From NCBI GenBank assembly GCA_963703225.1, contig OY969801.1, positions 3,040,001-3,104,000 of the forward strand: 64,000 bases of DNA, written 5' to 3'. How positions within the stretch are numbered: position 1 is the first letter of the stretch; each line of letters opens with the position of its first letter. Below the pieces are notes generated by a model. It did not search any database and was not told the DNA's origin. It saw only the letters and a program-made list of their open reading frames with translations. The position numbers were made by a program, and so were the translations under genes. This DNA is from Candidatus Eiseniibacteriota bacterium (GTDB lineage: Bacteria > Eisenbacteria > RBG-16-71-46 > SZUA-252). Below are positions 49,882 to 59,713 of the stretch, piece by piece.

Positions 49882-51408
49882 CTACAAATCGTGCCCCGCG
49901 TACGAAAGATTGAAGCTCTTGTTGCAGAGCGGGAAATCCGAGATCTGCCGCCCGCGCATGACCATCGCGAGCGCGAGCCAGTTGTGAAAGGACGGATCGA
50001 CGATCTTGTAGCTCGCCAGCCCTCCAGCCTCGTCGGTGACGGCGAGGTGCACGATTTCGCCGCGCCATCCCTCGACCAGGGAGGCGACGCAGGCATTTGG
50101 GCGCGCCGGGCCGAGCGCTGTGTCGATCGCCCCTTCCTTCAGCTCGTCCAGGTGTTCCCGAATGAACTGGATCGAGCGCTGCGTCTCGGTCCAGCGCAGC
50201 ACGGCCCGGGCCATGACGTCGCCCGACTCTTGAAGCGCCACCGGAATGTGTGCGAATCGATAGATCCCCCACGGATGGTCGCGCCTCACGTCCCGGTCGC
50301 ATCCGCTGGCGCGGGCCGCGGGCCCAACGATGCCAAGCTCCTCGGCGTCCTCTTTCTCGAGGATTCCCGACTGCTCCATCCGGGAGACAACCGACGGGCA
50401 TTCGAAGACGATCTCGGACACCTTGCCCAGATCGCGCTCCAGGCGATCGAGCTGCGCGATGAGCCCGACCTGCCGCACCGGGTCGATTCCGAACCGGACG
50501 CCTCCCGGAGTGACGAGGCTTCGCCCGAACCGGTTTCCCGAGATTTCCAGGAGCATGTTCAGGAAGTCGCCGCGGTGCTGCCCGAACCAGGCAGCCCCCG
50601 GGAGATATCCCGCGTCGCCGCAGAGGGCGCCCAGATCGCCCACGTGATTGGCGCAGCGCTCCAGCTCGAGCGCGATGCCGCGGATCGCGTGGGCGGCGAG
50701 AGGCGGCTCGGCACCGCTCAGCCCTTCCAAGACGGCGCAGTGGGCGAGGGAGTGGCCGATGGCGGTGTCGCCGGCGATCGATTCCGCAATCACGAGACGG
50801 CGCGCGGGCTTCGATTCCAGGAGCAACGCCTCGGCGCCCCGATGCTGGTATCCGAGCTGTATTTCAAGATGGAGCACCGTCTCGCCGTGGCACTGGAACC
50901 GAAAATGGCCCGGCTCGATGATGCCCGCGTGCACCGGCCCGACGGCCACCTCGTGGACGGTCGATCCTTCCACCGCCAAGAAGGGATACGCGCCGCTGCC
51001 CCCGCGCTCCCCGCCACGCGGCGGCTCCAGGTCCGCGTGGCGTCGCAGCGGCTTGGGCCACGGGTGTTCCTCGGGCACCAGCCCGAAGTCTTCCGCCAGC
51101 TCCCTCTCGAATCCCTGCGCCTGCGGGATGTCTGCCGAGAGGGCGCGATACCTCCCCGAGTCCGGCACTGGGGTCCGCAGGAGGCCGAGATAGGATCCCG
51201 TGTCGTCGGCAAGGAGCGCGAGCATTTCCCGGCCGCGATCGCCCGGCGACTTGGAGTGGAGGACGGTCAGCGCGCTCAGCCGCCCTCCCGACTCAACCAC
51301 CGAGACGCAAACCTCGCGGAACGCGTCCATCGGAAGCGTTGGAATATCGGAGAGCGCGACGGCGGCGCCGTTCCCCACCATGCAGACAGATCCGGTTTGA
51401 TCGACCAC
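49882..51408 (-). CDS. ehrL: Ehr large subunit (HyfG/NuoCD-like) lacking Ni-binding cysteines
   Basis: VGPVHAGIIEPGHFRF, ESIAGDT, VEGWRGE, DFPLCNKSFNLSYAGHDL. Confidence 0.92.
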   Translation of the reverse strand: MVDQTGSVCMVGNGAAVALSDIPTLPMDAFREVCVSVVESGGRLSALTVLHSKSPGDRGREMLALLADDTGSYLGLLRTPVPDSGRYRALSADIPQAQGFERELAEDFGLVPEEHPWPKPLRRHADLEPPRGGERGGSGAYPFLAVEGSTVHEVAVGPVHAGIIEPGHFRFQCHGETVLHLEIQLGYQHRGAEALLLESKPARRLVIAESIAGDTAIGHSLAHCAVLEGLSGAEPPLAAHAIRGIALELERCANHVGDLGALCGDAGYLPGAAWFGQHRGDFLNMLLEISGNRFGRSLVTPGGVRFGIDPVRQVGLIAQLDRLERDLGKVSEIVFECPSVVSRMEQSGILEKEDAEELGIVGPAARASGCDRDVRRDHPWGIYRFAHIPVALQESGDVMARAVLRWTETQRSIQFIREHLDELKEGAIDTALGPARPNACVASLVEGWRGEIVHLAVTDEAGGLASYKIVDPSFHNWLALAMVMRGRQISDFPLCNKSFNLSYAGHDL

Positions 51409-51410
51409 GC

Positions 51411-52844
51411 TCAGCCTCCCAGCAGTGCCGCTGCGTGTCGCAGCGTCGCCGCCAGCAGCGGCGGCATGTAGATGCCGAGGAGGAGCACGCCCGCCAGCGC
51501 CAGGAGCGGCGCGATCAGCGAGAGTCGGGCTTCGCGGGTGGGGGGTCGAGCGGGATCGGGCTCGCCCTGGAACATCGGCAGGAGTACGCCCGCCATTCCC
51601 AGGAAGGCGATCGCGACCAAGGAGAGGAACAGGGCCCCGATCGCCAGGCTTTCCTGCTTCATCGCCGCCTGAAAGATGAGGAGCTTGCTCCAGAAGGCGC
51701 CGAAGGGAGGCATCCCTCCAAGGGCGAGGAAGAGAAGCAGGAAGAGAATCCCCGTCGCGGGCTGGCGGCGCAGCATTCCGCGCACCTCCTGCGTGCCGGT
51801 CGTCCCAAAGCTTCGCAGCACGTTCCCCGCGCAATAGAAGAGCCCCGCCTTGGAGAGCGAGTGGTTCAGGGCGTGGAAGAGCGCGCCGAACACGCCCCCT
51901 CCCCCCACACCGATGCCCACCGCGATGATGCCCATGTTCTCGATGCTCGAATAGGCGAGGAGCCGCTTGTAGTCGCGCTGCCCCACCAGGAACGAGCAGG
52001 CGACCACGAGCGATGCGAAACCAAGCACCAGGAGCAGCGTGTGCGCGAACGCCCCGTTTCCGGACGCGAGGGCCACCTGGTAGAAGCGAAGCAGGGCCAA
52101 GAGTGCCCCGTTGAGCAACGCCCCCGAGAGGAGCGCCGAGATCGGGGACGGCGCCTGGCTGTGGGTGTCGGGAAGCCAGGTATGGAGCGGCGCCAATCCC
52201 ATCTTCGTCCCGTAGCCGACCAGCGCCAGGATGAATCCCGCCTTGAGCCACGAGCGGGAGAGCTGCGGCGCGGCGTGGACCAAGGATGCGAGCGAGAGCC
52301 CGGGCGGCGGAGATACGGCGGAGCCCGCGATCCCGAGGAAGAACGTACCCAGAAGAGCCAGCGCGATTCCGACCGAGCAGAGGAGAAGGTACTTCCACGC
52401 CGCCTCCAGCGCCCCACGGCGTCGATAGAAATAGACGAGCGGCGCGGTGGCCAGCGTCGTCGCCTCGACGGCCACCCAAAGAACCGCCAAATGCTGTGTC
52501 GCGGCCACGAGGGTGAGCGCCGACAGGAACCAGAGCAGACAGGGAACGAAACGATGAGGCGCCGCCTGCGGATCGTGCGTGCCGTGCCGCAGGTAGGGCA
52601 CGGTGTAGAGGCAGGTCAGAAAGAAGAGAACGCTCGTGATCGAGAGAAAGATCAGCCCGGTCGAGTCCAGCTGGAGCACGGGGCCGAAGAGGCGGGTGCC
52701 CACGCCGGCCCAGAGGAGCGCCGTCCCCACCATGTGGAGCACCGAGACCGAGACGAGCAGCACAAGGTGGAGTCCCAAGCGCCGCCTCGGCCAGAGGAAA
52801 AGCCCGACCACTGACGGGAGGAGTATCTGGAAGAGGAGCGTCAT
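51411..52844 (-). CDS. hyfF: HyfF-like antiporter-type membrane subunit
   Basis: WVAVEATTL, EAAWKY, GYGTKMGLAPLHTWLPDTHSQAP, KRLLAYSSIEN. Confidence 0.9.
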   Translation of the reverse strand: MTLLFQILLPSVVGLFLWPRRRLGLHLVLLVSVSVLHMVGTALLWAGVGTRLFGPVLQLDSTGLIFLSITSVLFFLTCLYTVPYLRHGTHDPQAAPHRFVPCLLWFLSALTLVAATQHLAVLWVAVEATTLATAPLVYFYRRRGALEAAWKYLLLCSVGIALALLGTFFLGIAGSAVSPPPGLSLASLVHAAPQLSRSWLKAGFILALVGYGTKMGLAPLHTWLPDTHSQAPSPISALLSGALLNGALLALLRFYQVALASGNGAFAHTLLLVLGFASLVVACSFLVGQRDYKRLLAYSSIENMGIIAVGIGVGGGGVFGALFHALNHSLSKAGLFYCAGNVLRSFGTTGTQEVRGMLRRQPATGILFLLLFLALGGMPPFGAFWSKLLIFQAAMKQESLAIGALFLSLVAIAFLGMAGVLLPMFQGEPDPARPPTREARLSLIAPLLALAGVLLLGIYMPPLLAATLRHAAALLGG

Positions 52845-53500
52845 GCCGACTCCTTGAGGACCGCGAGACGCTCCGTGTCGATGTCCTCGAATTCGCGGCT
52901 GATGTGGTGGATCGCGATTCCCATCACGAAGACGCCGACGAGAAGGTCGAGGAGAATGCCCAGCTCCACCGCGAACGGGAGATCCCGCGCCAGCATCTGA
53001 CCGAACATGAAGACGCCGTTCTCGAGCATCAGGTACCCGACCACCTGGGTGACCGCCTTCCGGCGCGTGACGAGGACGAGAAATCCCAGGAGCAGTGTCG
53101 AGAACGCTGCCGGTAGCAGCAGTCCGGAAGGCGCCGGCCTCGGCAAGATGAGAAGGCTCGCGAACCAGAACGAGACTCCGACGAGCACGGCGCCGATGAG
53201 CAGCGAGCCGTGCAGGCTGATGAACGGATCGACCTCGCGCCGCACGTTCGCCTCGCGGATCGCGCTCCGCAGCAGAAGCGGGATCACGATCACCTTGATG
53301 GCGAAGGTGCCCACGCTCATGAGAATGATGTGGAAGATGCGGCCCTCCGGCTGCGAGCCCCAGAGCGCCACCGGAAGGAGCGCCAGCGCGAAGCCCTGGA
53401 GCGCGGTGGAGCGGACCAGCGAGTGGAGACGCCCGGTCGCCACGATGTAGAGATCGAGCATGACCACCGCGAGGAGGAGAAGATCGGGAGCGCCGCTCAC
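52841..53500 (-). CDS. hyfE: HyfE-like membrane subunit
   Basis: QVVGYLMLENG, VELGILLD. Confidence 0.88.
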   Translation of the reverse strand: MSGAPDLLLLAVVMLDLYIVATGRLHSLVRSTALQGFALALLPVALWGSQPEGRIFHIILMSVGTFAIKVIVIPLLLRSAIREANVRREVDPFISLHGSLLIGAVLVGVSFWFASLLILPRPAPSGLLLPAAFSTLLLGFLVLVTRRKAVTQVVGYLMLENGVFMFGQMLARDLPFAVELGILLDLLVGVFVMGIAIHHISREFEDIDTERLAVLKESA

Positions 53501-54423
53501 AGCCCACCCCGATAGAAGAGCGCGACCAGCCCGATCGCCGCCAGGACCGACGCGCCGATGAGAAACTGGGGCACGCGCGGCAGACGCAGGCGCGCCACGG
53601 AGGATTCGACGCCGCCCACGAGGATCGCGATCAGGAGCTGTCCCGCAAGGAGGATCGCGACGCCGGCCCAACCCCCCGCCGCCGGGACCGGAAGAAGCAC
53701 GTGAACGACCAGCGCGGCGACGACGAAGAGCTTCATCGCGCTACCATAGAGGACGAACGCCAGGTCCGGCCCCCCGTGATCGAGCACCATGACCTCGTGG
53801 ACCATCGTCAGCTCGAGGTGGGTCGCGGGATCGTCGACCGGAATGCGCGCGTTCTCCGCGAGCAGGTAGATGAAGAGCGCGCCCGCGGCGGCCAGCATCG
53901 CGGGATGTGCAGCGCCCCATGTCTCCCAGGGGAGCCGCGCCCACGCCGCCTCGAACGAAGGCGAGCCTGCGGGGATGCAGACGACGGCGAGGGCAAGGAA
54001 GAGCGCCGGCTCCGTGAGCGCCGCGAACGTGGCCTCCCGGCTCGCCCCCATGCCCTCGAAGCTGGAGCCTGTGTCCATGGCGGCGAGGAGTGTCGCGAAT
54101 CGAGCGAGCGCGAAGAGCGCGGCGAAGGCGATCACGTCCCCACGAAAGCCGAGCGGCGCCGCGCCTGAGTGGAGCGGAACCAAGAGTCCCGCGCAGACGA
54201 CGGCGGAGAGCGACACGATCGGCCCCGCCCGGAAGAGCCACGTCGTCGTGCGGCTGTAGACCGCGCCCTTCCCGAAGAGCCTGGCGAGATCACGGTATGG
54301 TTGAAGGAGAGGCGGACCGGCGCGACCGGCGACGAGCGCCTTGATCCGCTGGATCACCCCGACAAAGAGGGGCGGCGCCAACAGGAGTAGCGCGACGTGG
54401 AGAGTGCGATCCAACATCGTCAT
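53497..54423 (-). CDS. hyfC: HyfC/NuoH-like membrane subunit
   Basis: GPPLLQPYRDL, DTGSSFEGMGASRE, RIPVDDPATHLELTMVHE. Confidence 0.9.
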   Translation of the reverse strand: MTMLDRTLHVALLLLAPPLFVGVIQRIKALVAGRAGPPLLQPYRDLARLFGKGAVYSRTTTWLFRAGPIVSLSAVVCAGLLVPLHSGAAPLGFRGDVIAFAALFALARFATLLAAMDTGSSFEGMGASREATFAALTEPALFLALAVVCIPAGSPSFEAAWARLPWETWGAAHPAMLAAAGALFIYLLAENARIPVDDPATHLELTMVHEVMVLDHGGPDLAFVLYGSAMKLFVVAALVVHVLLPVPAAGGWAGVAILLAGQLLIAILVGGVESSVARLRLPRVPQFLIGASVLAAIGLVALFYRGGL

Positions 54424-56409
54424 CGTCCGGCCCTTCCGCCCAACTGCCAGAGCAGGAGCGCGATCAGCGTCACGAGGATGTACGCGAGATAGAGCTGGAC
54501 CCGGCCCTGCTGAATGATCCGGATGCGCGAGAACAGTCCCAGGAGATGGCGCATCGCCGGAAGGAGGATTCGCTCGCCCGCCGGGTCGCCCGTGTGCACC
54601 TCGAATGCCGCGTCGTGCGGAAAGTATCCCTCGGGCCCGCGCCGTCTCACCTGCACGTCGAGCACGCCGCCGAAAGGCGCGAGCAGCGGCTGGGCGAAGG
54701 AGCCGCCGGTGTATTGCATCCGCGGCGTTACGGCGGCGTATCCGCACGCCCACGTACTCTCGACCCGGATCTCGCGCCCTCGCAGGAGGAGGATGCGTAT
54801 TAGTGAGACGACCCCCACAATGCCAAAGAGGACGGCCGCGACGCGCGTGATCGCCGAGAGCGAGCCCAGTACCTCGATTGGCGCCGCCGCCCCCGAGATG
54901 GAGGCCACGGCCGCCGCGACGAGGCGCACGACCCCTTGGGGCCAGATGCCGATCCCAAGGCACACGAGGGCTCCCAGCACCATGGGGGATTTCATCGCGA
55001 TCCCGGCCTCCCGGGCGCGGGAGGTCGCTTCGGTCCGAGCCTCTCCCAGAAACACGACTCCGTAGGCTTTTGCAAAGCACGCGACCGCGAGCCCTCCGAT
55101 CAACGCGAGCGCGGGGACAGCCAGCAGCGCCGAGATCGCCCATGGTGCCGATAGGGTGGACGCTCCAAGGAACGCGGCGACGAAGATCAGCCACTCGCTC
55201 ACGAAGCCATTGAGGGGCGGGAGGCCGCAGATTGCTGCCGAGCCGACTAAGAAGGTCAAGCCCGTGACGGGCATGCGTCGAGCAAGGCCGCCCAAGCTGT
55301 CGAGGTCGCGCACGCCCGTCGCGTGGATGACCGCTCCCGCTCCCTGGAACAGAAGTCCCTTGAAGAGGCCGTGGTTCAGCACGTGCAGCAGCGCACCGGC
55401 GTACCCGAGGAACGCGACCGCAGGCGCGCCGCGGCTCTGCCCAAGGAGGCCCAGCCCAATCCCGATGGCGATGATGCCGATGTTCTCGACGCTGTGGTAC
55501 GCGAGAAGCCGTTTGAGCTCATGCTGGGCGAGAGCGTGGAGCACGCCGACGACGCCGGTGATGCGCGCCGAGGATCACGAGCAGCGTCCCCCACCAGGCT
55601 TCGGGCGGGCCGAGGAAGCTCAGCGTTCTCAGGAGCCCATAGATTCCCATCTTGATCATCACGCCCGACATGAGCGCCGAGACGTGGCTCGGCGCCGCGG
55701 GGTGCGCGTCGGGGAGCCAGACGTGTACCGGCCAGAAGCCGGCCTTGGTGCCGAAGCCGATCGTCGCGAGAAGGAAGGCCGCGCCCGCCATCCCCGCCGG
55801 CGCTCCCGCCGCGGCGAATCGATCGAAGTCGAACGACCCTGTGCCGCCTGAGAGGATGACGAAGAGGACAAAGAGGCACGCCGCGCCGAGGTGCGAGGCG
55901 ATGAGGTAGGTCATTCCGGCTCGGCGCACCACTTCCTGTTCGTCCTCGAAGGTCACCAGGAAGAAGGAAGCGATCGACATCAACTCCCAGGCCGCCAGGA
56001 AGAGCACACCGTCGCGCGCGACCACGAGAAGGACCATGGAGAGGACGAGCAGGTTGAAGAGAGCGGCGGCCGGCGCAAGCGGCCGGTGTCCGAGGTAGTG
56101 CTTCAGGTAGCCCCATCCATAGAGCGCGCTGAGGCCCGAAACCGCGAACACGCAGAGAAGGAAGAAGGAAGCGAGCGGGTCGAGGGCCAGGTGGATCTCG
56201 CCGAGGGGGAGCGACCACGCGACGCGGACCGATTCCTTGCTGCCTTGAAGGAGCGCCGCGACGCTCGCTGCCGTCCCGAGCATGCACCCACCGACGGCCG
56301 TGAGCGATCCGATGGCGAGGGCCGCGCGATCCGACCGGCGCGCGAGGAGCGCGGCGATCGATCCGGCGAGAAGGAGCGCCGCCGACCAGCCGATCCACTG
56401 GAGCATCAC
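54420..56409 (-). CDS. hyfB: HyfB-like antiporter-type membrane subunit (+1 frameshift near 55563)
   Basis: WELMS, HVWLPDAHPAAPSHVSALMSG, KRLLAYHSVENIG, PPLNGFVSEW, WACGY..MQYT. Confidence 0.9.
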
Positions 56410-57089
56410 TTCTGGGGCGCCCGCTCTTGGAGTTCGATCGCTCCAAGGCGATCGAGAATTGCGGCGGCTGTCGTCGGTTTCTCGAGCAGCGCCGACAGCG
56501 CGGGGTCGTGCAGCGCGTAGGTCAGCCGGGAGAGCATCTGGAGGTGGGCCCGGATCGACGGGGAGAGGAGCGTGAAGAGCACGCGGACCGGCGCTCCGTC
56601 GACGGCGTGGAAGTCGACCGGATGCTCCAGAAAGCAGGCCAGGACGACCGGCTCTCGAACCTGCACCACCAGCGGGTCGCGCGGATGTGGGATCGCGATC
56701 CCGCCGCCAATCCCGGTCGACATCAGGGCTTCGCGGCCCACCAGCAGCTCCCGGAGGAGAGCGCGATTCGCGCCCTCGGGAATTCCAGGAAGCCGCGTGA
56801 CCGCATCCAGGACTTCCTCGGAGGTCTTACCCGGCACACGGAAATGGATTCCGCCCCGCTCGATGGCCGCTCGCAGGCTGGATGCTGACTCGGGCGCACC
56901 CGCCTGTCCAAGAATCGTGGGCGAAAGCTTCAGGCCGCGCCCTGCGGCCCACTCCTGAATTTCCACGCGATTGAAGAGGAACTGGTCGTGGAGCCGGTGC
57001 GCGGGAATCGCCTTCTCCCGCAGCCAGCGATGCACCGTCTTCTCCGTGACGCCCAGGAGTTGGGCGACTTCACGGACAGAAAGATCCAA
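56406..57089 (-). CDS. excisionase-type HTH fused to a PTS EIIA (PtsN-like) domain
   Basis: LSVREVAQLLGVTEKTVHRW; STGIGGGIAIPHPR; SD AAGGAG. Confidence 0.9.
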   Translation of the reverse strand: MDLSVREVAQLLGVTEKTVHRWLREKAIPAHRLHDQFLFNRVEIQEWAAGRGLKLSPTILGQAGAPESASSLRAAIERGGIHFRVPGKTSEEVLDAVTRLPGIPEGANRALLRELLVGREALMSTGIGGGIAIPHPRDPLVVQVREPVVLACFLEHPVDFHAVDGAPVRVLFTLLSPSIRAHLQMLSRLTYALHDPALSALLEKPTTAAAILDRLGAIELQERAPQK

Positions 57090-57168
57090 GTGGCTCCTTC
57101 TTCAAAGGCTTTGAGCCGGGGGCGGCTACGGGGATGGCCCCGATTATGGATGGCGAAGCAATCTGCGT

Positions 57169-57197
57169 AGTCTCAACAAATTGCGTGCGAATGTCAA
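57169..57197 (-). promoter_or_regulatory. sigma-70-type promoter for the Ehr operon
   Basis: TTGACA-17 nt-GAGACT. Confidence 0.5.
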
Positions 57198-57251
57198 CGG
57201 AGGCAGGTTGCGGAGGCGCTGGCGCTGGACAGCCCGGCTAGTCGGCGTCGG

Positions 57252-57620
57252 TCACCGGAAGGGAGGGGGCGGCTCGTGCGCCGTGCCCTTCCCCGGCCTG
57301 TACGTGATCACCTGCACGCGCTCGAGCGTCACGAGCCCGTCGGCCACCATCTCGTCGAGCTGCGGGAGGAATGCCTCGATGCGCTCCTTGCTGTCGGCGA
57401 TCTCGACGATGATCGGGAGATCCTCGCTCAAGCGTAGAACTTTCGCCGTGTGGATCCGGCTCTTCGCACCAAAGCCCATGAGGCCGCGCAGCACCGTCGC
57501 GCCGGCGAGGCCCGCCTCGCGCGCCTTCGCCACGATCGCCTCGTAGAGCGGCTTCCCGTGCCAGCGGTCGTTCTCCCCGATGAAGATGCGGAGGAGCTGC
57601 CCCTCGCCTTCGAGCTTCAT
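57252..57620 (-). CDS. DUF190 PII-like protein
   Basis: LRIFIGE, AGATVLRG..GFG, LSEDLPIIVE. Confidence 0.93.
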   Translation of the reverse strand: MKLEGEGQLLRIFIGENDRWHGKPLYEAIVAKAREAGLAGATVLRGLMGFGAKSRIHTAKVLRLSEDLPIIVEIADSKERIEAFLPQLDEMVADGLVTLERVQVITYRPGKGTAHEPPPPFR

Positions 57621-57631
57621 CTGCGTGTCTC

Positions 57632-58006
57632 CTAGATTCTCATCGCGGCCGCGTACCCCACCCAGACCGCGGCGAGGCCGAGCACCATGTGCGCGCCCAG
57701 GTTGAGAGCTCCGCGCCACGGGTCGCCGGTTCGGGCCAGCTCGAACGTCTCGTAGGCGAGCGCGGAGAAGGTGGTGAATCCGCCGCAGAATCCGATCAGG
57801 ATCGCGCTCCGCCAGGTGGGGCTCGCTGCCACACGCTCCAGCGTCAGCGTCGCGACGAAGCCGACGACCAGCGATCCGATGACGTTGACCGCGAGCGTGC
57901 CGTATGGGAACGTTCCACCGGAGAGGCGCTGCGTGAATCCCTGGAGATAGTAGCGGCAGAGGGTCCCGATGAAGCCGAACCCGCCGATCAAAAGCACCCG
58001 AAGCAT
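57632..58006 (-). CDS. crcB: fluoride efflux channel CrcB/FluC
   Basis: FPYGTLAVN, GFCGGFTTFS. Confidence 0.95.
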   Translation of the reverse strand: MLRVLLIGGFGFIGTLCRYYLQGFTQRLSGGTFPYGTLAVNVIGSLVVGFVATLTLERVAASPTWRSAILIGFCGGFTTFSALAYETFELARTGDPWRGALNLGAHMVLGLAAVWVGYAAAMRI

Positions 58007-58817
58007 CGACCGATCATGGGGCAGCAGAGCCGGGCGCCGCAAGGGAGTCCTCGGGGCGCGCCAGAGGCACGCCCCACTCATCGCCCCACTCCTCATCGGA
58101 TTCCTCGTCGCGTCGGCCGGCTGCTCTCACATCTCAGAGGTTCGCGAGAACGACCCCGGGTTCACCGCCGAGGCGCTCCGCGCGGGCGGCCTCGTGGTGG
58201 TGGGGGTGGTCCAGGTCAACGAGATCCCCCAGGTGCGTCCGCCGCTGATCGCCGCCCTCGAGCGGGTGCTCACCGCGACCCGCACGGACATTCCGCTCGT
58301 CCCCGCGGCACGGGCGGCCGCCGCCCTCGACGACTCGACCACGCGGCTACTTCTTCTGGGGTATCAGATGCATGGGAGCCCCGAGCCCGATTGGCTCGAC
58401 CGCGCCGCCGACAGGCTGGCCACCCTCGGCCGGTACGGGGTCCTGGCGCGGGTTGAGTCGGACAAGCTGCGCTACGCGGTCCGCGACGCGCCGGTGAACG
58501 ATCCGACGCTTAAATCACCTTCGAGCCGGATCCGCGTCACAGGGCGGGACGCGCACGTATCGGTCCAGGTCTACGACCTGAGGACGCGGGAACGCGTCTT
58601 CGCGGGGTCGTACATAGGCGCGGCCGAGGTTGCCGAGCCCGATACGATGCCTCTGGCCATGGGAGAAGCCCCGGGCGGCGGCGTGTCGATCAGTGGGATT
58701 CCCCAGGTGGCCCCCATCGAACAGGAGTACCCGAGACCGCCTCCTCTCGCGCGGGCGCTCGAGCCGGCCTTCTTGGAGTTCGCGCGGTCTCTCCCTGGCG
58801 CGCCGACACGGCCCTAG
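57969..58817 (+). CDS. hypothetical lipoprotein (start uncertain, probably downstream of 58006)
   Basis: LLIGFLVASAGC lipobox; VYDLRTRERVF. Confidence 0.65.
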   Translation: MKPNPPIKSTRSIDRSWGSRAGRRKGVLGARQRHAPLIAPLLIGFLVASAGCSHISEVRENDPGFTAEALRAGGLVVVGVVQVNEIPQVRPPLIAALERVLTATRTDIPLVPAARAAAALDDSTTRLLLLGYQMHGSPEPDWLDRAADRLATLGRYGVLARVESDKLRYAVRDAPVNDPTLKSPSSRIRVTGRDAHVSVQVYDLRTRERVFAGSYIGAAEVAEPDTMPLAMGEAPGGGVSISGIPQVAPIEQEYPRPPPLARALEPAFLEFARSLPGAPTRP

Positions 58818-59704
58818 GCCTTGTCGCGAGACTTTGCGCCGCCGAGCCCGAGCTTCGCCTTGAGCGGCCGCCACGTTTCGGTGATGACGACCGCCAGTAT
58901 GATCATCGCCCCACCCAGCACCTCCCGCCTCGACATGCCCTCCCCAAAGAACGCCACCGCGAAGATCGCCGCGAAGATCGGCTCGGTGGAGAAGATGAGC
59001 GCAGCCTTGACCGGCGTCGTTCGCGCGAGCGCCCACGTCTGGATCAATATCACGACCGCGGTCGCCACAACCGCGAGGTAGATCAAGACTCCCCACGGCA
59101 CCTTCTCGAACGGGGTTTGGAAGCCGCCTCGTCCCAAGACGCACGCCCAGCCGATCAGCGCGCCCACCACGACCTGGACGATGGTGAGCGCGACGGGGTC
59201 GCTCCTCTTGGCCACGATGTTCGTGATTACGATCTGGATGCCGAAGCAGAGGGCGCAGCCGAGCGTCCAAAGCTCCCCGGGCCGGAGCGCGAAGCCGGCG
59301 TCGGAGCTGAACATCGAGATCCCGCCGAACGCGAGCACGACCCCGATCAGGTCGCCGATGCCGGGGCCCCCCGCTCCCAGAGGAATCGCGAGGAACGGCG
59401 TGAAGATGATGTAGGTGCTGGTGATGAATGCGGAGCGGGCCGCGGTGATGGTCGCGAGCCCAATGACCTGGGTGAGGTATCCCGCCGCAAGCCAGAGCCC
59501 GAGCCACGCGCCGTCCAAAAGCCACCGGCGGCGGATTGGCCAGAGATGCCGTCCGTAGACAGCCACCAGCACAATCGCCGCCAGTGAAAAGCGGATCGCC
59601 ATGAGCTCCACGGGGTGGATGACCCGCAGAGACTCACGGAGTAGCGAAAATGTCGTGCCCCAGATCGCCGCGACGAGCAGAAGCGACAGATCGGCGCGGC
59701 TCAC
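58814..59704 (-). CDS. DMT/EamA family transporter
   Basis: IWGTTF, about ten TMs, TEPIFA. Confidence 0.92.
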   Translation of the reverse strand: MSRADLSLLLVAAIWGTTFSLLRESLRVIHPVELMAIRFSLAAIVLVAVYGRHLWPIRRRWLLDGAWLGLWLAAGYLTQVIGLATITAARSAFITSTYIIFTPFLAIPLGAGGPGIGDLIGVVLAFGGISMFSSDAGFALRPGELWTLGCALCFGIQIVITNIVAKRSDPVALTIVQVVVGALIGWACVLGRGGFQTPFEKVPWGVLIYLAVVATAVVILIQTWALARTTPVKAALIFSTEPIFAAIFAVAFFGEGMSRREVLGGAMIILAVVITETWRPLKAKLGLGGAKSRDKA

Positions 59705-59713
59705 CAGGACGAT

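Noticed and set aside
49882..51408. Group 4 NiFe hydrogenase call
   Set aside because: Both CxxC Ni-binding motifs are absent
57090..58100. Fluoride riboswitch upstream of crcB or the Ehr operon
   Set aside because: No GGxGATGGxGTTCxCC...GCTGATGAC-like consensus seen on the minus strand; a cmscan would settle it
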